Notes under the pieces: model-generated
Seen by the model: only the letters and a program-made list of their open reading frames with translations
Databases searched by the model: none
What the model was told of the DNA's origin: nothing
Shown here: piece by piece, positions 9,346 to 18,368 of the stretch
How positions within the stretch are numbered: position 1 is the stretch's first letter
Layout of the letters: every line of letters starts with the position of its first letter
Origin: a virus
Lineage: Duplodnaviria; Caudoviricetes
DNA: 56,900 nt
Strand: one strand, 5' to 3'
IMG/VR virus record: IMGVR_UViG_3300048597_000631
Coordinates: 1-56,900 of that record
Translations under genes and position numbers: made by a program

Positions 9346-11538
9346 TCAGGGCCTCCGGTAGTTGCGGCGCTGGTTCTTCGTCGTCGGCTGCGTGCCGTTG
9401 CGCACGGTTGCCTGAGCCACCGCCTGCCCGTCGACGTTAACGTTCAACGTCTGCGTCTGGTTTTGCCCCTGCCCCGCTCCCTGCCCTGGGTCTTGTCCAT
9501 CCAGTGGCGTGTCCAGGTTGCCCGGCGAGGGAATGACCGGCTGCGATCCGGTGCGCGGCGCAAAGTTGTAGAAATCGCCGGCGAGCTGGTCGAGGCCGAT
9601 GACCACCGCCCTGATCGTGACGGTCTTCTCAGTGGGCAGGCCTTTCACCCGATCATGCAGGTCATCCACCTGCGGCAGGCCGGTGACGGTTGCGTCGATC
9701 TTGACCTCGGCTTTGCCAGGCAGGTTGTCCACCCCCTGCGACATTTGCAGCACCTTTGCCGTGCCCTCGGTGGCCGCGGCGGTAAACTCATTGAGATCGT
9801 TGATATACGGCTGAGCTGCCGGGCCGGCGGCCTGCAGAGCGCGGGTGTAGTCGATCTGCCCGTTGCGTAAGGCCAGTACCAAGCCGAGCGCATCGGCCAT
9901 GCTGATGGAGCCGGCGTCGAAGCCCTTCATCACACCCTGCACGGCAATCTTCATCTGCTCTTGCGCCAGCGTAGTCTGGCCCGTGGCAAGCGCGTACGCC
10001 GATTGCAGTTTTTGCATTCGGTTCATCGGCTCCAGCGACTGCCCCATCAAGCCTTGCATCTGCTGCGTGCGCTGGGCAAGCTCTTCCTGTGCAGCAGCGA
10101 GCGCGTCGATGCCGGCGGCGGCGCCGCGTGATGCACCGCCGTGCGCGGTGAGCGCGGCAATCTGGTCATCCAGCTTCTTGTTGGCCTCGTCAATGACGGC
10201 GTTGTTGCTGCGCTCACTTTGAATCATCGCGCGCTTCTGCTCGATGTCATGCTCGCCCTGGAGCAGCGCCTGCTGCTTTTGGTAATAAGCGCGCGCCTGG
10301 GCTTGATAGCTGGAGTCGAGCACGCCTTGCGTTTGCCGCGCGATGATGAAGCCGGCATTCTGCTGCTCGTTGTAGCGCATCTGCGTGTAGGAGATCATGG
10401 CCTGTGATCGCGCCAGATCAGCCATGCGCGCGTTGAACATGTCAACGCTCACCACCATCGTCTGCGCAGCGCCGGCCATCATGGATGCGCCGGCGGCAGC
10501 TTTTGAGCCTGCCGAAATTGCAGCGTTGCCGGCGGCATCAAATTGGTTGGCCAGTCCGCTGAGCGCCGGCGAAAGAGAGAACACGCTCGCCAGCACCAGC
10601 GAGATCGAGCCGTCGAACCGCCGAAAGGCATCCTCTGTGATCGCTCCCTTGCTGGCAAACTCGCCGAGCACCTGGTTGAACGCCTGCCACGCTGCGCCGA
10701 GACGGTCGCCGCCGTCGGTGGCGCGGTTGCTGTTCTCATAAAGCTGCGCCAGGAGTGGAAGGGCTGCGTTGCCAATCACGACGTTGAAGCGATTCTGCGC
10801 GTCCTCCATGCGCTGCTGCGCGTCCTCAAATCGCTTGGCCGCGGCCAGCACGTTCTCATCAATCATTTTGCCGGCGCGAGTTGCAGCTTCTCCAAACTGC
10901 TGCATGCCGGCGCTGCCCTGCGCGAGGATGGGCAGAAGCCTTGCGCCGGCCTCGCCAAACATCTTCATGGCCATCGTGCTGCGATCAATGCCTGGCGGCA
11001 TGCGCTGCAATTGATCCGCGGCATTCATAAATTCCTGCTGGATGTTGGCCGATGATCCTTTCGTCGCCACGAGGTAACGCGCAAACGCGCTCATGCTGCT
11101 GTTGAGCGTTTCCTGGGAAATCTTGTAACGATCCGTGGCGTACGAAAGCGCGCTGACCTGCTGGAGCGACAAGCCGGTCGATTGTGCCAGTCGGTCCATC
11201 GACATCGCGAATTGCGTCGTTTTCTGCGCGGCCTGCACGACCGCCTCTCCCACGCGCTGCGGCATCGCGATGAGTTCCGTCGTCAGACCAGCGACAATGC
11301 CGCCGGTGAAGCCTGCGACGATGTCCCCTGGCAGTGACTTCAACTGGCCGATCGTGCCATCGAGCGCGCTCTGCAACTTCGTGCCGATGGCGTTCATTGC
11401 GCCCTGAGCTCGCGCGCCTACACGATTGAGACCCGTTTCCATTTGCCGCATCGACTGGTCAAAGTCGCCGGCGCTGCGCTTGGCGCTCGACACGTCAATG
11501 TCAACGCGCCCAAATGCGGAACCCAAATTGATCGGCAT
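9346..11538 (-). CDS. Tail tape measure protein
   Basis: 730 aa, Ala/Gln-rich helical; 'NLGSAFGRVDID' N-terminus and 'AMKMFGEAGARLLPIL' tape-measure motif. Confidence 0.88.
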   Translation of the reverse strand: MPINLGSAFGRVDIDVSSAKRSAGDFDQSMRQMETGLNRVGARAQGAMNAIGTKLQSALDGTIGQLKSLPGDIVAGFTGGIVAGLTTELIAMPQRVGEAVVQAAQKTTQFAMSMDRLAQSTGLSLQQVSALSYATDRYKISQETLNSSMSAFARYLVATKGSSANIQQEFMNAADQLQRMPPGIDRSTMAMKMFGEAGARLLPILAQGSAGMQQFGEAATRAGKMIDENVLAAAKRFEDAQQRMEDAQNRFNVVIGNAALPLLAQLYENSNRATDGGDRLGAAWQAFNQVLGEFASKGAITEDAFRRFDGSISLVLASVFSLSPALSGLANQFDAAGNAAISAGSKAAAGASMMAGAAQTMVVSVDMFNARMADLARSQAMISYTQMRYNEQQNAGFIIARQTQGVLDSSYQAQARAYYQKQQALLQGEHDIEQKRAMIQSERSNNAVIDEANKKLDDQIAALTAHGGASRGAAAGIDALAAAQEELAQRTQQMQGLMGQSLEPMNRMQKLQSAYALATGQTTLAQEQMKIAVQGVMKGFDAGSISMADALGLVLALRNGQIDYTRALQAAGPAAQPYINDLNEFTAAATEGTAKVLQMSQGVDNLPGKAEVKIDATVTGLPQVDDLHDRVKGLPTEKTVTIRAVVIGLDQLAGDFYNFAPRTGSQPVIPSPGNLDTPLDGQDPGQGAGQGQNQTQTLNVNVDGQAVAQATVRNGTQPTTKNQRRNYRRP

Positions 11539-11558
11539 GGTCTTAAAGCAAAATCACG

Positions 11559-11636
11559 AAAAAGCAAAGCGGCGGCATTTCCACGGAAATGCCGCCGCTG
11601 GTCTGCTGGCTGACGTTTGTTGTTCCCTCGATTATA
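11559..11636 (-). promoter_or_regulatory. Repeated late leader, copy A (TATAAT, conserved leader, GC hairpin, U-tract)
   Basis: -10-like TATAAT at 11636-11631; 15-bp arms 11568-11582/11585-11599; TTGCTTTTT tail about 20 nt before the tape measure ATG. Confidence 0.75.
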
Positions 11637-11675
11637 TCGCCGCGCCGGCGACGCAATGTGGGTCAGCACATTGCA

Positions 11676-11939
11676 TCACCAAATTCCGTCAGCGGGAATC
11701 TTGACGCGCTTGATGGGCCCGCGCGCCAGCGTGCGAACATCGCCCATGGGCCGGCCCCTGTCTTTGCCTTTGCCGCTATGCCTGTCCTGGTCATCCAGAT
11801 CGTGCGCAATCGTCAGCACCGACAGGTCGAACTGATACGCCGCGGCGCGGTTGCGTATGCCGACCATCGCGCTGGGGCGCTGGCCATACGAAGAGGCGAG
11901 CACATGAAGCGCGCGCACCTCTACTCGGTTTCTAAAAAA
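11676..11939 (-). CDS. Tail assembly chaperone, -1 frameshift extension (gpGT-like)
   Basis: Lies in the -1 frame of the upstream chaperone, entered at slippery T-TTT-TTA (11939-11933). Confidence 0.75.
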   Translation of the reverse strand, partial: FFRNRVEVRALHVLASSYGQRPSAMVGIRNRAAAYQFDLSVLTIAHDLDDQDRHSGKGKDRGRPMGDVRTLARGPIKRVKIPADGIW

Positions 11940-12403
11940 GCGAGCATTTGGTGCGGCAACAGTCCACCGCGGACGGATGTGATTTCGGTATAGATCTGAA
12001 TCAGATCGTCGATGCTGAGCTCGGTGATGGAGACGGCGCTGTCGTCATCGTCGCGCACGTCGCCCTCCACGATACGCGGCTCAATCACGCCAATGCGCAC
12101 CGCAGCACGGATGACATCAAGGTGCTTGCGCACCGCGTCAATCACCGGCACGTCCGAAGCCACCAGCTTTTCAGCGTCGGCCTGCAAAGGCTTCGGCATC
12201 TCGCCGCTGATGACCATCTCGACGAGCGACAGCCGGCGCACGCGCACCGCCAGGCCCGACTGCGTCGTTCGCCACGCGCCGGCGTGCCGGCGCTTGCGCC
12301 ATTTCGCGGCGTTTGCCGCCGGTGGTTGCACTGGCGATTGCGCCGGCGCGGTGGCCGCGCTGTTTGCGGCCACCGCGGGTTGTTCGTTGTGTTGCTCGCT
12401 CAT
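11921..12403 (-). CDS. Tail assembly chaperone (gpG-like)
   Basis: Between major tail and tape measure genes; ends GCT TTT TTA GAA ACC GAG TAG. Confidence 0.8.
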   Translation of the reverse strand: MSEQHNEQPAVAANSAATAPAQSPVQPPAANAAKWRKRRHAGAWRTTQSGLAVRVRRLSLVEMVISGEMPKPLQADAEKLVASDVPVIDAVRKHLDVIRAAVRIGVIEPRIVEGDVRDDDDSAVSITELSIDDLIQIYTEITSVRGGLLPHQMLAFLETE

Positions 12404-12414
12404 GTAAAGTCAGA

Positions 12415-12936
12415 CTAAGTCGCCGGCAGCGCAGCCGTCGTCTCGTTCTCCACGACTTGAAGATAACCACTGCCGTCACCCAGGTCCAGCGAGATGCCCT
12501 TGCACTTGGTCACCACAAATTCGCCGTCCTTGAAGCTGCCTTCAAGCCCGTCCGCGTCGAGTTTGCAGTTCACCATCTTCACGTGCGTGTCATCGCCGCT
12601 TGGCCCCATCGCCTTGCCGTAAATTTTGAAATACGGCATCACATCGCCTGCCTTGAACGTGCCGGTGGTGACGCGGTTGGGCGTCGTGCCGGTCGTCGTC
12701 ATGGTGCGCCCCGTCATCACAGCATAGCCGTCCAGCGGGATGCCGCCGGCGCTCAACTCCCACTCGACGCTGTCGCCGAACGCGACCGACGCCTTGATCG
12801 AGTCGTTGCCGCGCAGCCGCCCGCCCACCATGTTCTCCTTGAATTTCAGTTCAATCGCGGCGTCCAGCGACACCACCGTCGCGCCCTTGACCAGCTTGAT
12901 TTCGCGCAGGCCGAAGGGCTTGTCTCCATATGGCAT
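12415..12936 (-). CDS. Major tail (tube) protein
   Basis: 173 aa, 'PFGLREIK...PYFKIYGK' siphovirus tube-like sequence; canonical position. Confidence 0.78.
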   Translation of the reverse strand: MPYGDKPFGLREIKLVKGATVVSLDAAIELKFKENMVGGRLRGNDSIKASVAFGDSVEWELSAGGIPLDGYAVMTGRTMTTTGTTPNRVTTGTFKAGDVMPYFKIYGKAMGPSGDDTHVKMVNCKLDADGLEGSFKDGEFVVTKCKGISLDLGDGSGYLQVVENETTAALPAT

Positions 12937-13254
12937 TTAGGCCTCCCGGGCCATCTCGGCCCACTTCATCACGGTGTCATGCGGCGCGCCTGTTGAGCGC
13001 GAAACACGATCCACCCCTTCTTCATCCAACGCAGCCAGGTCGGCCACGGTGAACACCGAACAAAACAACGCCAGCGCGGACGCGTGGTCGCCGGCGATTT
13101 TTGCCAGCGGATCCTCAGCCGCGACGATAAACCGCTCGTCGGGCTGAGACAGCAGCTCGCCGGCCACACCGCTATCGACCTCGGCCACGCTGCCGTCCTG
13201 CCAGGTTGCGTCGAACGCAACACGCTGCCCCACCCCGTTCCACTGAATCAACAT
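12937..13254 (-). CDS. Hypothetical protein with C-terminal helix-hairpin-helix-like segment
   Basis: 'VFTVADLAALD...VMKWAEMA' pattern. Confidence 0.5.
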   Translation of the reverse strand: MLIQWNGVGQRVAFDATWQDGSVAEVDSGVAGELLSQPDERFIVAAEDPLAKIAGDHASALALFCSVFTVADLAALDEEGVDRVSRSTGAPHDTVMKWAEMAREA

Positions 13255-13272
13255 TTATTTGCCAGCCTCCTG

Positions 13273-13683
13273 TTATCCCCTTAATCGCATCACCTGATAC
13301 CGGCTGAGCGACATCGATGCCGCCAGCGTATCGTCGCTCTGGTCGAGCACATCGTCGGCGTGCATCACCTCCCATGCCTGTGTGCCGGGAAGAATCGCCC
13401 TGTTCAGCAGCGCGTAGCACCGCTCGCGCGCAGCGTCGATCTTGTCGTAGCCGGCTCGCTGATAGAAATACAGGACGAAGATCAACCCGCCAGCGGTTGC
13501 ATATACCTCCTGCTGCGCCTCGTTCTCGAAGCGCAGGAGCGCGCAGGGCAGCAGCTCGCGGTTGGCGTCATACGCCGCCGGCGTGGTGGCGCGGCTGATC
13601 AACGTCGCCGTATGAACGCCGCCTGCAAGCAACGCCATCAGTGCGCCGTCCGAAGCGAGCCGGCTCAGGATGGCATTCCTCAT
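13273..13683 (-). CDS. Tail terminator / completion protein
   Basis: 'MRNAILSRLASDGALMALL' start overlaps the upstream stop, GGAGG SD; precedes the tube gene. Confidence 0.65.
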   Translation of the reverse strand: MRNAILSRLASDGALMALLAGGVHTATLISRATTPAAYDANRELLPCALLRFENEAQQEVYATAGGLIFVLYFYQRAGYDKIDAARERCYALLNRAILPGTQAWEVMHADDVLDQSDDTLAASMSLSRYQVMRLRG

Positions 13684-14936
13684 GACGCCACCTCCATAGG
13701 CACGGACTCCATGCGGCTGTCGTGCGCTGCGCGGTCGCCCATCAGCCAGGCCAGAAGCGTTTGCAGGATCGCGCTCGCCACAATGCCTCCCATGATGCCG
13801 GTGGCCACACCGGCGCCGGATGCGACATCTTGCGAGATCGTGCGCGTGCGCAGGTTCATCGCCGGCGACAGTTGCGCGCCAAACGTTTGCGCGTAGCCAT
13901 CCATCTCCGGCCAAGACCGCTCACCGCGCATCCAGCCGCGCAACTGGCCGACGAAATCGTCCGCCGGCATCTCGACTGCGACGAGATAACACAGGCAGTT
14001 GGGATGGATCGGCAGCGACAGCATGCCGACCGGATAGATGCCCTTTCCGTCTCGCCCCCTGGCGATGATCTCATCGCACACATCCTCTTCGGGATGCGCC
14101 GGCGAGAGCCGCATCTGCTCCTCGGCCACCCACGGCATTTGCTTCATGAGTGTCTGCGTTGCCAGGTTGTGGATGCGTTGAATCTCTGTGCGCGCCAGCC
14201 GCAGCGCGTTGTAGGCCACGCCCTGTGACGCGCATTCATCGCCTCGGATCAGGCCGCGCGGATCGCCGGCGGCAATGTCGCGTTTGGTCAGCCGGTAAAG
14301 CCGAGTCGATGTCCAGCGTGGGCAGTTTGCGTTCGCGCCGAGGTATTTCTCCAGTTCCTTCGCAATGTCCCAGGCACTCTTGCCCCCCTGAGCGCCGGCG
14401 AACAGCACGGCCTGGATGCCGGCGCGGCTTTGCTGATCGAGCCTCCACAACCGTCCGCTCAGCGTCAACCCATCGGCGTAGACCGCGCGATTCGCAGCCT
14501 TCATGATGGCGTCCAATTGCGGCTTGAACAGGTAATCATCTGGCGCGGCGGCTTCATCCAGCCGTCGCACGCGGATCACCCGCCGGTGCTCGCCTGCGCC
14601 TTGCATGGCCTCCTGCACGGCGCGCCGGCCCAGCGTGCCGATGTAGTGCGCGTGCAACTCTGCCAGCGTGCCAAACGGCATGGACGCGGCTTCACGCTGC
14701 GCCGCCGTGATCAGCGCACGGACCGCATCGAATGACTCTTTCCAGATGCGCTCGAGCGCAACGCGCGCGCCCATCAAGCCCGCCGGCGTCAGCCTGCCGT
14801 CCTGCTGGTGCACGGCCGTGACGGCCTCGCGCATCGCACTGGCGGCGGCGGCGAGCGTCTCGTGAACGCGCATTTGCACATATAGCTGCAATCGCATCAC
14901 CGCCTGGTATTGGCGCTGCCATTCACGCGCGCTCAT
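13680..14936 (-). CDS. Head morphogenesis protein (SPP1 gp7 / Mu gpF-like)
   Basis: 'RLARTE...C..HPNCLC' motif; follows the portal. Confidence 0.8.
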   Translation of the reverse strand: MSAREWQRQYQAVMRLQLYVQMRVHETLAAAASAMREAVTAVHQQDGRLTPAGLMGARVALERIWKESFDAVRALITAAQREAASMPFGTLAELHAHYIGTLGRRAVQEAMQGAGEHRRVIRVRRLDEAAAPDDYLFKPQLDAIMKAANRAVYADGLTLSGRLWRLDQQSRAGIQAVLFAGAQGGKSAWDIAKELEKYLGANANCPRWTSTRLYRLTKRDIAAGDPRGLIRGDECASQGVAYNALRLARTEIQRIHNLATQTLMKQMPWVAEEQMRLSPAHPEEDVCDEIIARGRDGKGIYPVGMLSLPIHPNCLCYLVAVEMPADDFVGQLRGWMRGERSWPEMDGYAQTFGAQLSPAMNLRTRTISQDVASGAGVATGIMGGIVASAILQTLLAWLMGDRAAHDSRMESVPMEVAS

Positions 14937-16264
14937 GCATCCCCTCCATCATCGTCGTCGTCACTGGGCATGGCGCCGGCGGCCATGTCGGCTGCATTCG
15001 GCTCGCCCTGCGGCACGGCCGGCTGCAGGTCTTCGAAGCCGGGGATAAAGCGCGCAAGCGTCGCAAACACCACATCGTCACCCAGGCCGAGCGCGCGCAG
15101 GTTGAGCGCGGCATCCGTCGCTGCCTTGAGGTCGCCGGCGGTCAGCGTGCCTTTGTTTTTCCAGACCACGTCATAGTCGAGCGATTCCGGCAGGATCCCC
15201 TTCAAGAGCCACTGCAGGTGCAGCAACGGCTTGACGATTTCGTCTTCCAGCCATTGCGTGATCTGCTCCAGCTCACGGTCATATTGCTCTTTCTGCTCGT
15301 CGAGCACGTCACGGTTCAGATCCTGCCCGTAGCCCAGCAGGCCGAGCGCGATCGGCGACGCCAGCGAAAACGTGCGCACGTGGTGCATCACATCGTCGAA
15401 CTGGTGCAGGTTCGCATCGCCCTGCATGGCCGTGACGCCGCCCTCGGTGTTGGTGTAGAAATCCGCGACGCCGGCGGCGGGGTCTTCGAGCGCCTCACGG
15501 TTGCGCTCCTTGTAGGCCTCAATGGCGGTCTCGTCGGCGCCCTTGAGCACGTGCACGCGGCTCATGCCGGCACGCGCCCAGCGCCGCGTGGCCATGTTGT
15601 CCTCGCCGGTGTTCATGCGTTTATAGGACTTCGCGCCGACGCTGAACATCGGCTCGCCGTAGCGGCTGCCTTCGTCATGCTCCCATCGCGCATGGATGAT
15701 CTGCCACTGCGCAAACCACACTGCGTCGTCCGGCGGCTCCTGGCTGGCGTAGAACTCGTCGCTTTGCCAGAACGCGCGCGCGGGATCGGGAAACATGTCA
15801 CGCTCGTCGGTGTTGCGATGCATCTGAAGCGTCGGCATGCGCTTCACCAGCGCCACGTCGCCGGCGCGATCCACGCCGATCTGCAAAAATGTGTCGCCGT
15901 CTCGAAACGTGAGCCGCGCCCAGTCATCAAGGCGGCTGGGCAGCATGAGCCGCTTGATCAGGTCGGTGGCGATCTGCTCCGCCGTGGGGTTGTTCTTGAC
16001 CTTCACCGCCGGCCCGCCCTTGACCGCGTCGCGACCTGTGGCGCGCGTGGCCTTGCGCACGCGCGTGTCGGCGCGATACATGGCCCGGCTCTCTTTGATC
16101 TGGTTGAGGCGATCCTGCGAAGACGAGAACGCAACGACAGCGCGTCCGGTCGTGCTGCGCGGGCGCGGCATTTCGGCAAGCGTCGTCGCCGCCGGCGTGG
16201 GCTCAATGGCCGGGGCGCCACGCCGAAGGCGAAGGGTGCGCAGAACGTTGTCCAGGATACCCAT
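14933..16264 (-). CDS. Portal protein (T4 gp20-like)
   Basis: 'IIHAR...YGEPMF...KRMNTGEDNMATRRWARAGMSRVH' fits the gp20-family pattern; 443 aa. Confidence 0.78.
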   Translation of the reverse strand: MGILDNVLRTLRLRRGAPAIEPTPAATTLAEMPRPRSTTGRAVVAFSSSQDRLNQIKESRAMYRADTRVRKATRATGRDAVKGGPAVKVKNNPTAEQIATDLIKRLMLPSRLDDWARLTFRDGDTFLQIGVDRAGDVALVKRMPTLQMHRNTDERDMFPDPARAFWQSDEFYASQEPPDDAVWFAQWQIIHARWEHDEGSRYGEPMFSVGAKSYKRMNTGEDNMATRRWARAGMSRVHVLKGADETAIEAYKERNREALEDPAAGVADFYTNTEGGVTAMQGDANLHQFDDVMHHVRTFSLASPIALGLLGYGQDLNRDVLDEQKEQYDRELEQITQWLEDEIVKPLLHLQWLLKGILPESLDYDVVWKNKGTLTAGDLKAATDAALNLRALGLGDDVVFATLARFIPGFEDLQPAVPQGEPNAADMAAGAMPSDDDDDGGDA

Positions 16265-16289
16265 GTGAAATCAATACGGTCAGTGATGG

Positions 16290-16664
16290 TCAGTCTGCAA
16301 ATAATTGCTTGAGCATGCGCTCGATCTCCGGCAGCCACCGCTCAAGCGTCGGCATGATGACCGCGTATTTGCCGCCGTTGGCCAGCTCCAGCCACTTGCC
16401 GTAATCGACCGTGTGCCCGTGGCTGAGCCAGATCGTGACCACATCGCCGGCGGCCCGCTCGGCCACGCTGAACAGGCCGCTGCGCGCGTTGCCGGTGCGG
16501 TCCGTCCACGGCGCGCTGGAGCGCATGTCGCTCTGAATGCGCTCGGCCAGATACATGGCCAACGCATCGACGGCCTGCACGACGCGCTCGCCATATTGCG
16601 CAAACGCCTGCGCCAGAGCCGACGGCGGCGTCACCCACATGGCACCCGTTTGGATGGCCATCAC
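16290..16664 (-). CDS. HK97 gp10-like tail component
   Basis: 'APWTDRTGNARSGL...VDYGKWLE' motif. Confidence 0.8.
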   Translation of the reverse strand: MMAIQTGAMWVTPPSALAQAFAQYGERVVQAVDALAMYLAERIQSDMRSSAPWTDRTGNARSGLFSVAERAAGDVVTIWLSHGHTVDYGKWLELANGGKYAVIMPTLERWLPEIERMLKQLFAD

Positions 16665-16981
16665 TCCACCGCCTGCGCGCTGACCATCGCAGCCGTGCGC
16701 CGGTCAGGGCGCACAAATGTCACCTGAAACAACGTGTCGTGCAGCGTGAATCGGTCGCCGATCTGCACATCCATGTCCGGATCGCCCAGTAACACAATCG
16801 TTGCAATGCGCTCGTCGATCTTCACGCCCTGCATGCGCCCGCCGGCACTCCCACCGGCGACGCGCACGTTTTGTGCCTGCAGGTCAGCGTCATTGCGACG
16901 CAGCACCACATCAAATGCGTTGTCCGCACGGATCGCGCTCAAATCAGCGCGCATGGAATCCAGATCGGATTGGGTCAACAT
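16661..16981 (-). CDS. Head closure / head-tail joining protein
   Basis: 'DVQIGDRF' motif; 106 aa. Confidence 0.65.
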   Translation of the reverse strand: MLTQSDLDSMRADLSAIRADNAFDVVLRRNDADLQAQNVRVAGGSAGGRMQGVKIDERIATIVLLGDPDMDVQIGDRFTLHDTLFQVTFVRPDRRTAAMVSAQAVE

Positions 16982-16984
16982 GGT

Positions 16985-17293
16985 TCAGCAACTCTTGAGT
17001 TCACCGGCAGTCATGAAGCCGTGCCAGCCAGGTTTGTATCCATCAATGGGCAGCCGGTGAATCGACGGCGTGATCGACGGCGCTTCGCAATTGCCATCCC
17101 ATTGCCAGCCATTGGCACTCAGCGGCAGCCGGCTCATCGTGCCATTTTTTGTGCCGTCCGGCGTGCGTATCCAGATGGCTGGTGTTTCTTCCGCCGGCGC
17201 AAAGGCCCAATCGCCCAGCGCGCCCACGTTCAGCAGATCTGCCACGCCCGGCAGGAGCCGGCCCTTGGCGTTGTCTATGCAGTAATCGCTCAC
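16985..17293 (-). CDS. DUF6527-like protein
   Basis: 'WQWDG...PSITPSI...WHGF' motif. Confidence 0.6.
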   Translation of the reverse strand: MSDYCIDNAKGRLLPGVADLLNVGALGDWAFAPAEETPAIWIRTPDGTKNGTMSRLPLSANGWQWDGNCEAPSITPSIHRLPIDGYKPGWHGFMTAGELKSC

Positions 17294-17943
17294 AGCAGTC
17301 TCCCTCGTGCCATCACGGTGCCGCGCAAAACTTCCACGCGCCGGAGATAGTCTGCCTCGGCGGCATTGGCTGCCTCGAACAATGACGCGCTCAGCCCTTT
17401 TTTGTCGACCGACTCGTCGCCAATGCGATAGCTCCAGGCGCCTTCCGCTGCCTTGCCGGCCTTCAGCCGCAGCAGGTTTGCGTTCGCCTTCAGCGCCACC
17501 GCGCCGGCGGCTTCCTCGCTCAAGTCTGGATAGGCGTTGTTCTGGTCCAGCGTGTAGCGCGCTGCATATTCCATCGTGCGCGCCCCGCCATAGGCCGGCG
17601 TGGGGATGAGGGTCAACTGCGCGGTGATCACGATGCGCTCACGGGCCGGCGACTCGCCCAGTGGGACGAGTCCGGCGCCCGTGACAGCCACGTTGCCAAA
17701 CTGCGCGAGGCCCACAGGCTGCAAACGGATGAAGCGCAGGAAGTCTGCCGGCAGCGCGTAAGACGGCACCCCCGGCTGGAGGGTCACCACAGCCGTGCGA
17801 TACAGCGGCAGCCGCGCACTGAAATCAGCAACAGCATCCGTGACAGCACGCTGATACTGCTCTGCGTCAGGCAGGCCGTTTTGCGCCGGCACGTCGCGTG
17901 TTGCCCTTGCGACCATTTCCGCCAGGCTGATTGTCATCGCCAT
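17290..17943 (-). CDS. Head-tail adaptor / neck protein
   Basis: 'YALPADF' and 'SYRIGDESVD' motifs; downstream of the capsid gene. Confidence 0.65.
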   Translation of the reverse strand: MAMTISLAEMVARATRDVPAQNGLPDAEQYQRAVTDAVADFSARLPLYRTAVVTLQPGVPSYALPADFLRFIRLQPVGLAQFGNVAVTGAGLVPLGESPARERIVITAQLTLIPTPAYGGARTMEYAARYTLDQNNAYPDLSEEAAGAVALKANANLLRLKAGKAAEGAWSYRIGDESVDKKGLSASLFEAANAAEADYLRRVEVLRGTVMARGRLL

Positions 17944-18268
17944 CCTCCGCGCCTTCTTCTGCAACATCGTCTGCATCGTCGCCGTTCTCACCGCGGGCTT
18001 CGTCGCCGACGCTGCCGGCATCGCCTGCGTTTGTGAGCGCTGGCGCCGGTTCTTGGAGAAGCGTCTTGCCGGCGGCAGGGTTGAACGCAGGCTCGCTCAC
18101 GTCCTGAAATTCGTCCGGGCCAGCCTTATTGGGCACGATGGCGCCGGGGTATGCGGCCTGAAGTTCGTCGAGCTCGGCTTCGGTCACCACGTGGGTTTCG
18201 CCTTCCTCGGCATAGTGCCCGCGCAGCATGATGCGCTGCGCGATGTAGATGCTGGTTGTTTTCTTCAT
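17867..18268 (-). CDS. Hypothetical acidic protein following the capsid gene
   Basis: ORF from MKKTTSIY with an acidic low-complexity tail. Confidence 0.55.
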   Translation of the reverse strand: MKKTTSIYIAQRIMLRGHYAEEGETHVVTEAELDELQAAYPGAIVPNKAGPDEFQDVSEPAFNPAAGKTLLQEPAPALTNAGDAGSVGDEARGENGDDADDVAEEGAEDGDDNQPGGNGRKGNTRRAGAKRPA

Positions 18269-18316
18269 ATTCGATGCGATACAAGCAATGGATGCAGGCA
18301 ACAGATGCAGGATGTG

Positions 18317-18348
18317 ATGCGAGCCGGCGCCTGAGCACCGGCTCGCAT
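18317..18348 (-). terminator. Hairpin downstream of the capsid gene
   Basis: ATGCGAGCCGG...CCGGCTCGCAT stem with a G-U pair on the minus strand; weak U-tract. Confidence 0.5.
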
Positions 18349-18368
18349 ATCAAAACTTCAAACTTTCG

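Noticed and set aside
11107-11122. CGTTTCC-TG-GGAAATC as a further parS-like copy
   Set aside because: Inside tape-measure coding sequence, imperfect arms, no flanking element; may be chance
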